Source of the DNA: Clostridia bacterium
GTDB taxonomy: Bacteria > Bacillota > Clostridia > Oscillospirales > CAG-382
Assembly (NCBI GenBank): GCA_017429165.1
Contig: JAFRPL010000037.1
Location: 3,009-67,008 of the forward strand
Length of the DNA stretch: 64,000 nt
Reading direction: 5' to 3'
Shown: positions 10,481-18,268 of the stretch, in pieces
Layout: every line of letters begins with the position of its first letter
Numbering within the stretch: position 1 is the stretch's first letter
Notes under the pieces: model-generated
The model's input: the letters and a program-made list of their open reading frames with translations, nothing else
Database searches by the model: none
What the model was told of the DNA's origin: nothing
Position numbers and translations under genes: made by a program

Positions 10481-10594
10481 AAAATAAACGGCAGAACCGT
10501 TTATTAAGCGGTATTTACCGCGTTACTTTTTTCGACGCCGGCACCCGAATCGAACCGTGTAAACACGCCGAACCAAACGGGCACGTCGAAAAAA
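10481..10594 (-). other. Structured 114-nt spacer inside the tRNA operon: 68-nt T6/A6-flanked stem-loop plus two small hairpins
   Basis: Outer stem TTTTTTCGACG (10527-10537) / CGTCGAAAAAA (10584-10594). Inner CGTG-TTTA-CACG hairpin and a T-loop-like GGTTCGATTCG on the transcribed strand. Further hairpins are GCGGTA-aat-TACCGC and ATAAACGG-ttct-CCGTTTAT followed by TTTT. No cloverleaf can be drawn. Confidence 0.5.
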
Positions 10595-10670
10595 TGGAGC
10601 GGATTACGGGGTTCGAACCCGCTACCTCCACCTTGGCAAGGTGGCGCTCTACCAAATGAGCTAAATCCGC
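10595..10670 (-). tRNA. tRNA-Gly (anticodon GCC)
   Basis: Reverse complement GCGGATTTAGCTCATTTGGTAGAGCGCCACCTTGCCAAGGTGGAGGTAGCGGGTTCGAACCCCGTAATCCGCTCCA. Anticodon stem CCACC/GGTGG with loop TTGCCAA, GTTCGAA T-loop, encoded CCA. Confidence 0.92.
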
Positions 10671-10690
10671 ATAAAACTATTCAATGATTA

Positions 10691-10766
10691 TGGTGCCTCC
10701 GGTCGGAATTGAACCAACGACACGGGAATTTTCAGTCCCCTGCTCTACCAACTGAGCTACAGAGGC
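10691..10766 (-). tRNA. tRNA-Phe (anticodon GAA)
   Basis: Reverse complement GCCTCTGTAGCTCAGTTGGTAGAGCAGGGGACTGAAAATTCCCGTGTCGTTGGTTCAATTCCGACCGGAGGCACCA. Anticodon loop CTGAAAA, encoded CCA. Confidence 0.92.
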
Positions 10767-10783
10767 GTGATCATTGAATAGTA

Positions 10784-10860
10784 TGGCGATTCGGATGGGA
10801 CTCGAACCCACGACCTCCGCCGTGACAGGGCGGCGTTCTAACCAACTGAACTACCGAACC
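10784..10860 (-). tRNA. tRNA-Asp (anticodon GUC)
   Basis: Reverse complement GGTTCGGTAGTTCAGTTGGTTAGAACGCCGCCCTGTCACGGCGGAGGTCGTGGGTTCGAGTCCCATCCGAATCGCCA. Anticodon stem CCGCC/GGCGG with loop CTGTCAC, encoded CCA. Confidence 0.92.
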
Positions 10861-10890
10861 GGATCGTTGGCTCTCAAACGGAGCTTTGTT

Positions 10891-10919
10891 ATAATACCAC
10901 ACTTTTTGCTATTTTGCAA
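10891..10919 (-). promoter_or_regulatory. Sigma-A promoter of the tRNA operon
   Basis: Minus strand reads TTGCAA (10919-10914), 17 nt, TGg-extended TATTAT (10896-10891). An A/T-rich UP-like tract lies upstream. The -10 box ends about 30 nt upstream of the tRNA-Asp 5' end (predicted TSS about 24 nt upstream). Confidence 0.6.
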
Positions 10920-11010
10920 TAGTTTTTTGAAAAAAAGTAAAAATATTTTTTTGGGTGCCAAAAGCGTAATGAATACAAGGTTTTCCGGCGAAATCCGGGC
11001 TTGAAACGCG

Positions 11011-11781
11011 CTATTTTACGACCGGATCGCGCGCGAAAGCTTCGGAAAGTACCGTGAGTCGAGCGGTATGTACTTTGAAAAGAGCGATATCTTCCGGCAC
11101 GTTTTTTTGCAGAAGCATCCTGACCAGTATGACCGCGTAATAGCCGAGCACGCTGCCGTACGAAAGGTAATGGAATATCATTAGCAAAATGGTGGAAAAC
11201 AGGAACGCCTGCAATAAAGCGTTATCCGCGAACTTGAGCCATCTGTTGGGCGGTTTCTGCCTGATATCGCGTAACGCCGTGACGAACGACACGAGTATGA
11301 ACGGAGCTCCGGCATACACGTTGGTGATACAGCATATCACGGATAGAGTCGTTATGAGAAGTAATGTGTTTATAAGCTCGAGCTTCTGATCGAGCACGTC
11401 GCCGAAGGAATTCTTGGACAACGCGGCGCGTTCCACGACCGGATCTTCCGGATCCATCATAGTAAAGCGGTTTTCCATATAGTCGAGCGCCCTTCCGAGC
11501 TCTTTTAAGCGCACCCGCTTATATATCATCTTAAAGACACGTTCGATAATGACGAGCGAAAAGAAAACGGTCGCGTAAGCCACGGGATTCCCCGTCTCGG
11601 CGACGGTATGGAAAAACATTGCGCCGAGTTCGTCGAACATACGCATGCCGGACCAGAATTCGAACGGTGCGATAACGGCGAGCGAAATCACCAGGAAGAC
11701 GTGAAAGCCGTAAAGAAAAAGACGCGACTTGTAGTAACGTCTGTATTCTTTTTTTAGCGGCACAGGCAGCATCTTACTCAA
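11011..11781 (-). CDS. Hypothetical polytopic membrane protein
   Basis: ORF 11011..11844. The 5' end of the track ORF is occupied by a promoter, so the likely start is TTG 11781 (8 nt after GGGGAGA) or ATG 11772 (MLPVPLKKEY). At least five hydrophobic segments. No family recognised. Confidence 0.6.
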   Translation of the reverse strand: MSKMLPVPLKKEYRRYYKSRLFLYGFHVFLVISLAVIAPFEFWSGMRMFDELGAMFFHTVAETGNPVAYATVFFSLVIIERVFKMIYKRVRLKELGRALDYMENRFTMMDPEDPVVERAALSKNSFGDVLDQKLELINTLLLITTLSVICCITNVYAGAPFILVSFVTALRDIRQKPPNRWLKFADNALLQAFLFSTILLMIFHYLSYGSVLGYYAVILVRMLLQKNVPEDIALFKVHTARLTVLSEAFARDPVVK

Positions 11782-11815
11782 AGCGGTACGTCTCCCCTTT
11801 CGGTTTGTCTCGATT

Positions 11816-11844
11816 ATTATACCATAAAAAAAGCGGCTTATCAA
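11816..11844 (-). promoter_or_regulatory. Sigma-A promoter for the membrane-protein gene
   Basis: Minus strand reads TTGATA (11844-11839), 17 nt, TGg-extended TATAAT (11821-11816). Confidence 0.55.
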
Positions 11845-11868
11845 GATATTTTTTATTCTTGCGATTCC

Positions 11869-11907
11869 AAAACAAAGACCGCCTTTGCAAGTAATGCAAA
11901 AGCGGTC
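11869..11907 (-). terminator. Rho-independent terminator of rpsB-tsf
   Basis: The minus strand reads GACCGCTTTTGCA-ttac-TGCAAAGGCGGTC (one mismatch) followed by TTTGTTTT. Confidence 0.75.
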
Positions 11908-11928
11908 GGTTTGCGATATCGTTCAGGA

Positions 11929-12867
11929 TTATTTGCCGCCACCGGCGAGTTTGGCGATCTCGGCTGCGTAGTCTTCTTCGACTTTTTCGATGCCTTCGCC
12001 GCGTTCGTATTTGACGAACGAAACGACTTTGATTTCGCCGCCCAGTTCTTTGGCGGTGTTCTGGGTGTAAGCTTTGACTTTGAGAGCTTCGTCGCGGACG
12101 TACTGCTGCTCGTCGAGGCAGTTGGTGTCGTAATACTTGCTCACGCGGCCGGTTACCATCTTTTCGACGACGGCTGCGGGTTTGTTGGCAAATTTGGGAT
12201 CGTTCTTGATCTGGGTGAGGATGATCTCTTTTTCGCCGTCGATGACGGATTCGGGAACGTCGGCGGGAGCTACGTAAAGAGGAGACATGGCGGCGATCTG
12301 CATGCAGATGTTCTTGGCGTATTCCTTGAAAGCGTCGGTGTTTTCGATACCGTTGGAGGTCTCGAACTTGACGATGACGCCCGCGGCTCCGCCGCCGTGG
12401 ATATAGGTGCCGGTAACGCCGGAGATGAGCTCGAAACGGCGGATAGTGAGGTTTTCGCCTATGGTAAAGATCTTATCTTTGAGTTCTGCTTCGACGGTGT
12501 TTTCGGTGCCTTCGAGAGTGCAGCCCATAAGAGCGGCGATATCGGCGGGTTTATTTTTGAGAATGGTAGCAAGAATGGATTTTACGAAACCTTTGAACTG
12601 ATCGTTCTTAGCGACGAAATCGCTTTCGCTGTTGACTTCGACCATTGCGGTGTAGCCGCATTTTTCGCACTTTTCAATATCGACAAGGCCTTCGGCGGCG
12701 ATCCTGCTCGCCTTTTTAGCGGCAACAGCAAGTCCTTTTTCGCGCAGAAGCTTGGTAGCCTCTTCGAAATCGCCGTTAGCTTCGACCAGAGCTTTTTTGC
12801 ATTCCATCATGCCGCAGCCGGTCTTTTTGCGGAGCTCCATTACCTGTTTTGCGGAAATCTCAGCCAT
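11929..12867 (-). CDS. tsf: Elongation factor Ts
   Basis: [45 protein letters not shown] is the UBA-like N-terminal domain. 312 aa. rpsB-tsf synteny. Confidence 0.97.
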   Translation of the reverse strand: MAEISAKQVMELRKKTGCGMMECKKALVEANGDFEEATKLLREKGLAVAAKKASRIAAEGLVDIEKCEKCGYTAMVEVNSESDFVAKNDQFKGFVKSILATILKNKPADIAALMGCTLEGTENTVEAELKDKIFTIGENLTIRRFELISGVTGTYIHGGGAAGVIVKFETSNGIENTDAFKEYAKNICMQIAAMSPLYVAPADVPESVIDGEKEIILTQIKNDPKFANKPAAVVEKMVTGRVSKYYDTNCLDEQQYVRDEALKVKAYTQNTAKELGGEIKVVSFVKYERGEGIEKVEEDYAAEIAKLAGGGK

Positions 12868-13606
12868 TGTTTTCTTCCTCCTCGGTTACATTTTCTTCAT
12901 CTGCGGAAGAATCGGTGAACTGTTCACCCTGTTTGCCTTCCAGAACGGCGTCAGCCATAACGGAAGCGATGAGCTTGATGGCGCGGATGGCGTCGTCGTT
13001 GCCGGGGATGACGTAATCGACTTCGTCGGGGTCGCAGTTGGTGTCGACGATGGCGACTACGGGGATACCCAGTTTACGCGCTTCGTTGACAGCGTTTGCT
13101 TCTTTCTTGGGGTCTACGACGAACATGGCGGAAGGCAGAGTCTTCATCTCTTTGATACCGCCGAGGTTCTTTTCGAGGTCGCCCATTTCTTTCATTCTGG
13201 CGGCGACTTCTTTTTTGGTGAGCATATCGAAGGTGCCGTCTTCGGTCATTCTGTTGAGCTGATGAAGCTTGTTGACAGAACGTTTGATGGTTTTGAAGTT
13301 GGTGAGCATGCCGCCGAGCCAGCGCATATTGACATAGTACATTTCGGCTCTTTCGGCTTCTTCCTTAATGGCTTCCTGCGCCTGTTTCTTGGTGCCTACG
13401 AAAAGCACCGTGCCGCCGTCGGCGGCCACGTCGCGGATGAACATATAGGCCTCTTCGATCTTCTTGACGGTCTTCTGCAGGTCTATGATGTAGATACCGT
13501 TTCTTTCGGTGAAGATGTATTCCGCCATTTTGGGGTTCCATCTTCTGGTCTGGTGTCCGAAATGGACGCCCGCTTCGAGCAGCTGTTTCATGGAAATAAC
13601 TGACAT
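12860..13606 (-). CDS. rpsB: 30S ribosomal protein S2 (with acidic C-terminal tail)
   Basis: Start moved to ATG 13606 ([27 protein letters not shown]), 8 nt after GGAAGGAGA. The stop overlaps the tsf start by 8 nt. Confidence 0.97.
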   Translation of the reverse strand: MSVISMKQLLEAGVHFGHQTRRWNPKMAEYIFTERNGIYIIDLQKTVKKIEEAYMFIRDVAADGGTVLFVGTKKQAQEAIKEEAERAEMYYVNMRWLGGMLTNFKTIKRSVNKLHQLNRMTEDGTFDMLTKKEVAARMKEMGDLEKNLGGIKEMKTLPSAMFVVDPKKEANAVNEARKLGIPVVAIVDTNCDPDEVDYVIPGNDDAIRAIKLIASVMADAVLEGKQGEQFTDSSADEENVTEEEENNG

Positions 13607-13747
13607 TGGATATTCTCCTTCCGGGTCTTTGCCCGCCACACGCTTTTTTTGAATTTACCGTAATTCCCCGTCGTATTGACCGGCGAAGCACCCGCGGCAG
13701 AAAAGCGGTGTGTGTATTTTTTGCGCATTTTCCGCAAAAGACATTGG

Positions 13748-13776
13748 ATTATAGCACACTTTTTGCAAAAAATCAA
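13748..13776 (-). promoter_or_regulatory. Sigma-A promoter of rpsB-tsf, giving a leader of about 135 nt
   Basis: Minus strand reads TTGATT (13776-13771), 17 nt, TGc-extended TATAAT (13753-13748). Confidence 0.6.
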
Positions 13777-13825
13777 GTGTTTTTTACAATAATTTGCGCC
13801 TTTTTAAGCATTTTTGCCCGCTTTA

Positions 13826-15046
13826 TCAAAGAATGGGCTCCATAGGTTTGCCGTCGGCGATCATACCGAGAAGCTTATCCATAAGCATGAGCATACGCGG
13901 ATAATGGAAAGGACCTTTCCACATAGAACCCTTCTGAGTGTGGCTCACGGTGTTGTCGCGGTGCAGATAGCCGTACCATTCGCCGTATTCGTGATCGGTG
14001 AAATGTCCGAACGCAAAATCGTGGACTTTCTTGAACCAGTCGAAATACTTCTGCTCGCCGGTTATCCCGTAAGCGTACAGGGTGGCGATAAGCGCTTCGT
14101 CGTGGACCCACCAGAGCTTCATATCGTGTTCGAGCTGCTCGGGAGGTCTGCCGTCGCAATCGGTGAAATAGATAAAACCGCCGTACTGTTTGTCCCAGCC
14201 CCATTCGAGCGACCAGTTGAGTATATTGAGCGCTTTCTCAAGCAGATCTTTGTCGTTGGAATAAACCGCTTCGCTCATAAGGAACCAGCTGTTTTCCATT
14301 GAATGGCCGGGGTTGATGCACCTGCCGGCGGGGTTATCGATGAATTCCCCGTTGGCGCCCACGGTCTCGAGCACGCAATGACGGTCGGGCTTGTAATGGT
14401 ATTTTATTATGGAATCCACCATCTCGCGCGTTACGGCAGTATAGTATTCGGCTTTTTCGGGGTCGCACCTGCGAAGAAGCTGCGCTGAAGAGACGAGCAC
14501 CATAGGCACGGCGGAAGCTCTTTCTGCGCGGGTGGAAGCATAGGTTTTGGGTGTGATCTAATAAGGATCGCTCGAAGGATCGCGATATAATCTGAGCATC
14601 ATTTCAAAGCAGTCTTCGGCTTTTTTGAGCGCCTCTTTGTCGCCGGTCATAAGGCCGTATTCAGCCATGGAAAGCACGTAAAAGCTTTCGGAAAACATAT
14701 AGCGGCGTTTTCTGAGCGGTCTGCCGTCGCGCGTGAGGGTGAAAAACATCCTGCCGTCGGTATCGATGCATTTTTCGTTGAGGAATTTTACGCCGAGCTC
14801 GGCCGCGTCGACCCATTCGGGACGCTTGCCGTAGTTATTGCAGAGCGCCGAAAAAGTCCAGAGGCACCTACCCTGGAACCAGCCGGATTTGTCTTCGTTA
14901 TAAACTTTTCCTTCGCGGTCCACGTTAGTCATATACCCGCCGTATTTCCTGTCGAGCAGATCGCTCTTCATCCAGAACGGGATACAGTCGTCGAGCAGGC
15001 GGTTCCTGTAGTAGTTTTGATACGATTTGATCAGTTGTTTATCCAT
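13826..15046 (-). pseudogene. N-acylglucosamine 2-epimerase (AGE/cellobiose 2-epimerase family) interrupted by one in-frame TAG
   Basis: ORFs 14558..15097 (true start ATG 15046, MDKQLIKSYQNYYRNRLLDDCIPFW) and 13826..14509 are in the same frame. The join reads ...RDPSSDPY-TAG(14560-14558)-ITPKTYASTRAERASAVPMVLVSSAQ. Both halves together give a full-length (alpha/alpha)6 AGE-like protein with no other lesion. Confidence 0.8.
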
Positions 15047-15168
15047 TATTTTGCACACTCCTTTTCTGAAAAAATATTTTATCACAACGCTCGTCAAAAG
15101 TCAAGCGAAAGCGGCGGCGGCAAAGAGAAAATAAATGGACGGCAAAGGCGTTTAATCTGCAAAATCAG

Positions 15169-15196
15169 TTGACTTTTTTGAAATATATGCTATAAT
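15169..15196 (+). promoter_or_regulatory. Sigma-A promoter of alaS
   Basis: TTGACT (15169-15174), 16 nt, TGc-extended TATAAT (15191-15196). The leader is only about 35 nt. Confidence 0.65.
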
Positions 15197-15237
15197 AAAC
15201 TGAATTTATATGTGAAAGCATACGAAAGGCATATCAA

Positions 15238-17874
15238 ATGGAAAAATTATCGTTAAACGTCCTGCGCGAAAAATACCTTGAATTCTTTGCTTCCAAGGGA
15301 CATCTGCGTATGGATTCGTTCCCGCTCGTTCCGCAGAACGACAATTCGCTTCTGCTTATCAACGCCGGCATGGCGCCGCTCAAACCGTATTTCACGGGGG
15401 AAAAAATACCGCCGCGCAAGCGAGTGACTACCTGCCAGAAATGCGTGCGCACGCTGGATATAGAAAACGTTGGCAAAACCGCACGCCACGGCACCTTCTT
15501 CGAGATGCTGGGCAACTTCTCTTTCGGCGATTATTTCAAGTCCGAAGCCATTCCCTGGGCGTGGGAATTCCTGACCAAAGTGCTCGAGATCCCCGAAGAC
15601 CGCCTTTATATAACCGTCTATCAGGACGACGACGAAGCCAAAGAGATCTGGATGAAGACCGGCGTGCCCGAGGATCGCATATACAAGCTGGGCAAAGAGG
15701 ATAACTTCTGGGAGATCGGCGCCGGCCCCTGCGGACCGTGCAGCGAGATCCATTTCGACCGCGGCGAAAAATACGGCTGCGGCAAGCCCGACTGTCATTT
15801 CGGCTGCGACTGCGACAGATATATAGAGATCTGGAACATAGTTTTCACGCAGTTCGACGGAGACGGCAACGGCAATTACACCCGTCTGGCGCATCCGAAC
15901 ATAGACACCGGCATGGGACTCGAGCGTCTCGCCTGCGTGATGCAGGATGTAGGCAACCTGTTCGAAGTCGATACCGTGCGCAATATAATGCTCAGACTTT
16001 CGGATATCGCCGGGGTCAAATACACCGGCGGCAGCGGCAAGACAGACGTTTCGCTGCGCGTGATAACCGACCATATACGCACCGCCACCTTCCTTATAGG
16101 CGACGGCGTGCTTCCTTCCAACGAAGGGCGCGGATATATACTTCGCCGCGTACTGCGCCGCGCCGCGCGCCACGGCAGACTGCTCGGCATAAAAGGAGCT
16201 TTCCTCTGCGATCTGTGCGAAGCCGTTATAAAAGAAAACGAGGGCGCGTACCCCAATCTCGCCGAACGCCGCGATTATATAAAAAAGACCATCGCCGCCG
16301 AAGAATCCCGCTTCAGCCAGACGCTCGATTCCGGCCTGAATATTCTAAACAAGATAGTTGACGACATAAAGGACGCCGGCGGGAACACGATTCCGGGCGC
16401 TGACGTTTTCAAACTGTACGACACGTTCGGATTCCCCATAGACCTTACCAGAGAGCTCGCTGACGAGCAGGGTCTTGATGTGGACGAAGAAGGATTCAAG
16501 GCGCTTATGCAGGAACAGCGCAAAAAAGCGCGCGACGCGCGCCTTGCGCTCGGCGATTTCGGCTGGACCGACGAAAACGCGCTCATAGATAAATCGCTCA
16601 AGACCGAATTCGTTGGATACAAGGAAAACGAATGCGATTGCGAGATACTTTATATCATCAAAGACGGCGAACTCCAGTCGCTGGCTTCGGGCGGTAACGC
16701 CACTGTCGTGCTCAACAGGACGCCTTTCTACGCCGAAAGCGGCGGACAGGTGGGCGATACCGGCGTTATTAAGACGGCGTCCGGCACTTTTACCGTCACA
16801 GATACCAAGAAGACTCCCAACGGCCAGTTCATACACACGGGTATCATCACGGAAGGCGAGATCGCATTGGGTAAAGCGCACGCGCAGATCGATACCGCGC
16901 GCCGCGCCGCGATCGCGCGCAACCATTCGGCGGTGCATCTGCTCCAGGCGGCTCTGAGAAAAGTGCTGGGCACGCACGTCGAGCAGGCCGGTTCGTACGT
17001 CGACGAACGTATAGGCAGGTTCGACTTCACGCACCAGCAGGCGGTCACCAAAGAAGAACTGCTTCAGATAGAAAAACTCGCCAACGAAGAGATACTCAAA
17101 GGCGACGCTGTCACCTGCACCGAAATGCCTGTCGAAGAAGCCAAGAAGACCGGCGCAATGGCGCTTTTCGGCGAAAAATACGGCGATACCGTAAGAGTTA
17201 TCCGTATGGGCGATTTTTCCGCCGAGCTCTGCGGAGGCACACATCTCGACAACACCGCAAAAGCCGGACTTATGCGCATAGTTTCGGAATCTTCGGTCGC
17301 CGCCGGAGTGAGAAGGATAGAGATAATCACCGGTATGAACGTACTCGAGCAGATCTACGCCGATAAAAAGCTGGTTGAAAACGTGGCGACTTCGCTCAAA
17401 GCGCCTAATCTTAACGAGCTCGAGCACAGGGCGGATTCAGTAATGGCGGAGCTGCGCGACGTGAAGAAAGCGCTCGAAGCCGCCAACGCTTCCGCGGCGC
17501 TGGCCAAGATAGACGAAGCGTACGGAAACGCTTCCGAAGCCGGCGGATTAAAGATAGTCAAGGCGTGCTTCAAGGGCCTTCCCGTGGACACGCTCCGCAC
17601 TTCCGCCGATTCCCTGCTCGATAAGCATCCCGAATGCGTCGCTGTGTTCGCAACCGTAAACGACGGCAAAGTGATGTTCACCGCACGCTGCGGAAAAGCG
17701 GCGATAAGCAAAGGCGCAAACGCCGGCAAGCTGCTTTCGGCGATCGCTCCCATAGTGGGCGGCGGCGGCGGCGGAAGGCCGGACAGCGCGTCGTGCGGCG
17801 GCAAATGTCCCGAAAAACTGCCCGAAGCTGTAGACGCCATCGACGGAGTCGTAAAAGCTCAGATAGGAGAATAA
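15238..17874 (+). CDS. alaS: Alanine--tRNA ligase
   Basis: 878 aa. FFASKGH, QKCVRT.DIENVG.T.RH.TFFEMLGNFSFGDYFK, the editing-domain HxxxH region (HSAVHLL) and a C-terminal DHHA1 GGGGGR motif. Confidence 0.97.
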   Translation: MEKLSLNVLREKYLEFFASKGHLRMDSFPLVPQNDNSLLLINAGMAPLKPYFTGEKIPPRKRVTTCQKCVRTLDIENVGKTARHGTFFEMLGNFSFGDYFKSEAIPWAWEFLTKVLEIPEDRLYITVYQDDDEAKEIWMKTGVPEDRIYKLGKEDNFWEIGAGPCGPCSEIHFDRGEKYGCGKPDCHFGCDCDRYIEIWNIVFTQFDGDGNGNYTRLAHPNIDTGMGLERLACVMQDVGNLFEVDTVRNIMLRLSDIAGVKYTGGSGKTDVSLRVITDHIRTATFLIGDGVLPSNEGRGYILRRVLRRAARHGRLLGIKGAFLCDLCEAVIKENEGAYPNLAERRDYIKKTIAAEESRFSQTLDSGLNILNKIVDDIKDAGGNTIPGADVFKLYDTFGFPIDLTRELADEQGLDVDEEGFKALMQEQRKKARDARLALGDFGWTDENALIDKSLKTEFVGYKENECDCEILYIIKDGELQSLASGGNATVVLNRTPFYAESGGQVGDTGVIKTASGTFTVTDTKKTPNGQFIHTGIITEGEIALGKAHAQIDTARRAAIARNHSAVHLLQAALRKVLGTHVEQAGSYVDERIGRFDFTHQQAVTKEELLQIEKLANEEILKGDAVTCTEMPVEEAKKTGAMALFGEKYGDTVRVIRMGDFSAELCGGTHLDNTAKAGLMRIVSESSVAAGVRRIEIITGMNVLEQIYADKKLVENVATSLKAPNLNELEHRADSVMAELRDVKKALEAANASAALAKIDEAYGNASEAGGLKIVKACFKGLPVDTLRTSADSLLDKHPECVAVFATVNDGKVMFTARCGKAAISKGANAGKLLSAIAPIVGGGGGGRPDSASCGGKCPEKLPEAVDAIDGVVKAQIGE

Positions 17875-17878
17875 AAGA

Positions 17879-18217
17879 ATGGATTGTATTTTCTGTAAGA
17901 TAATCAAAGGCGAAATACCTTCCGCGAAGGTTTATGAAAACGAACACGTCTACGCGTTCAAGGATATAAATCCCAACGCACCGGTGCACGTGCTTATAGT
18001 TCCCAAAACGCATATCGCTTCCGTGGACGAGATCGACTGCAGCAACGTCTGCACAGCCGCAGAGGTGTTCAAAGCGATACCGCATATCGCAAAGATATGC
18101 GGCCTTGAAAACGGCTATCGCGTCATTACCAACGTCGGTGAAGACGGCGGTCAGACCGTAAAGCATATGCATTTTCATCTTTTGGGCGGGACAAAGCTCG
18201 CCGTCAAACTAAACTGA
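17879..18217 (+). CDS. HIT-family (Hint-like) nucleotide hydrolase
   Basis: 112 aa. CIFCKII at the N-terminus and the histidine triad HMHFHLLGG. Confidence 0.9.
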   Translation: MDCIFCKIIKGEIPSAKVYENEHVYAFKDINPNAPVHVLIVPKTHIASVDEIDCSNVCTAAEVFKAIPHIAKICGLENGYRVITNVGEDGGQTVKHMHFHLLGGTKLAVKLN

Positions 18218-18268
18218 AAAGCAAAGGACTGATAACGTCTGATCCGCAACCGTCTGCTTTCAATCGGC

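Noticed and set aside
10527-10594. Fifth tRNA or tRNA pseudogene between tRNA-Gly and tRNA-Thr
   Set aside because: Only a T-loop-like GGTTCGATTCG is present. No acceptor, D or anticodon arms can be drawn, and the length and pairing do not fit a cloverleaf. It is kept only as a structured spacer.
11911-12918. 335-aa plus-strand ORF covering the tsf gene
   Set aside because: It is the antisense shadow of a very well supported EF-Ts gene. It has a TTG/GTG-type start, no RBS and an odd F/G/D/V-rich low-complexity composition, typical of GC-rich antisense frames.
14558-14560. TAG as a recoded sense codon (pyrrolysine or alternative genetic code)
   Set aside because: TAG terminates other well-defined genes in the window (5187-5189, 8083-8085). 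No Pyl machinery or methylamine methyltransferase context is present, so a nonsense mutation or a sequencing error is more parsimonious.
15047-15237. T-box riboswitch upstream of alaS (and of asnS at 42601-42660)
   Set aside because: The mapped near-consensus promoters leave leaders of only about 30-35 nt. A T-box needs about 200 nt, and no specifier loop or T-box sequence is visible.
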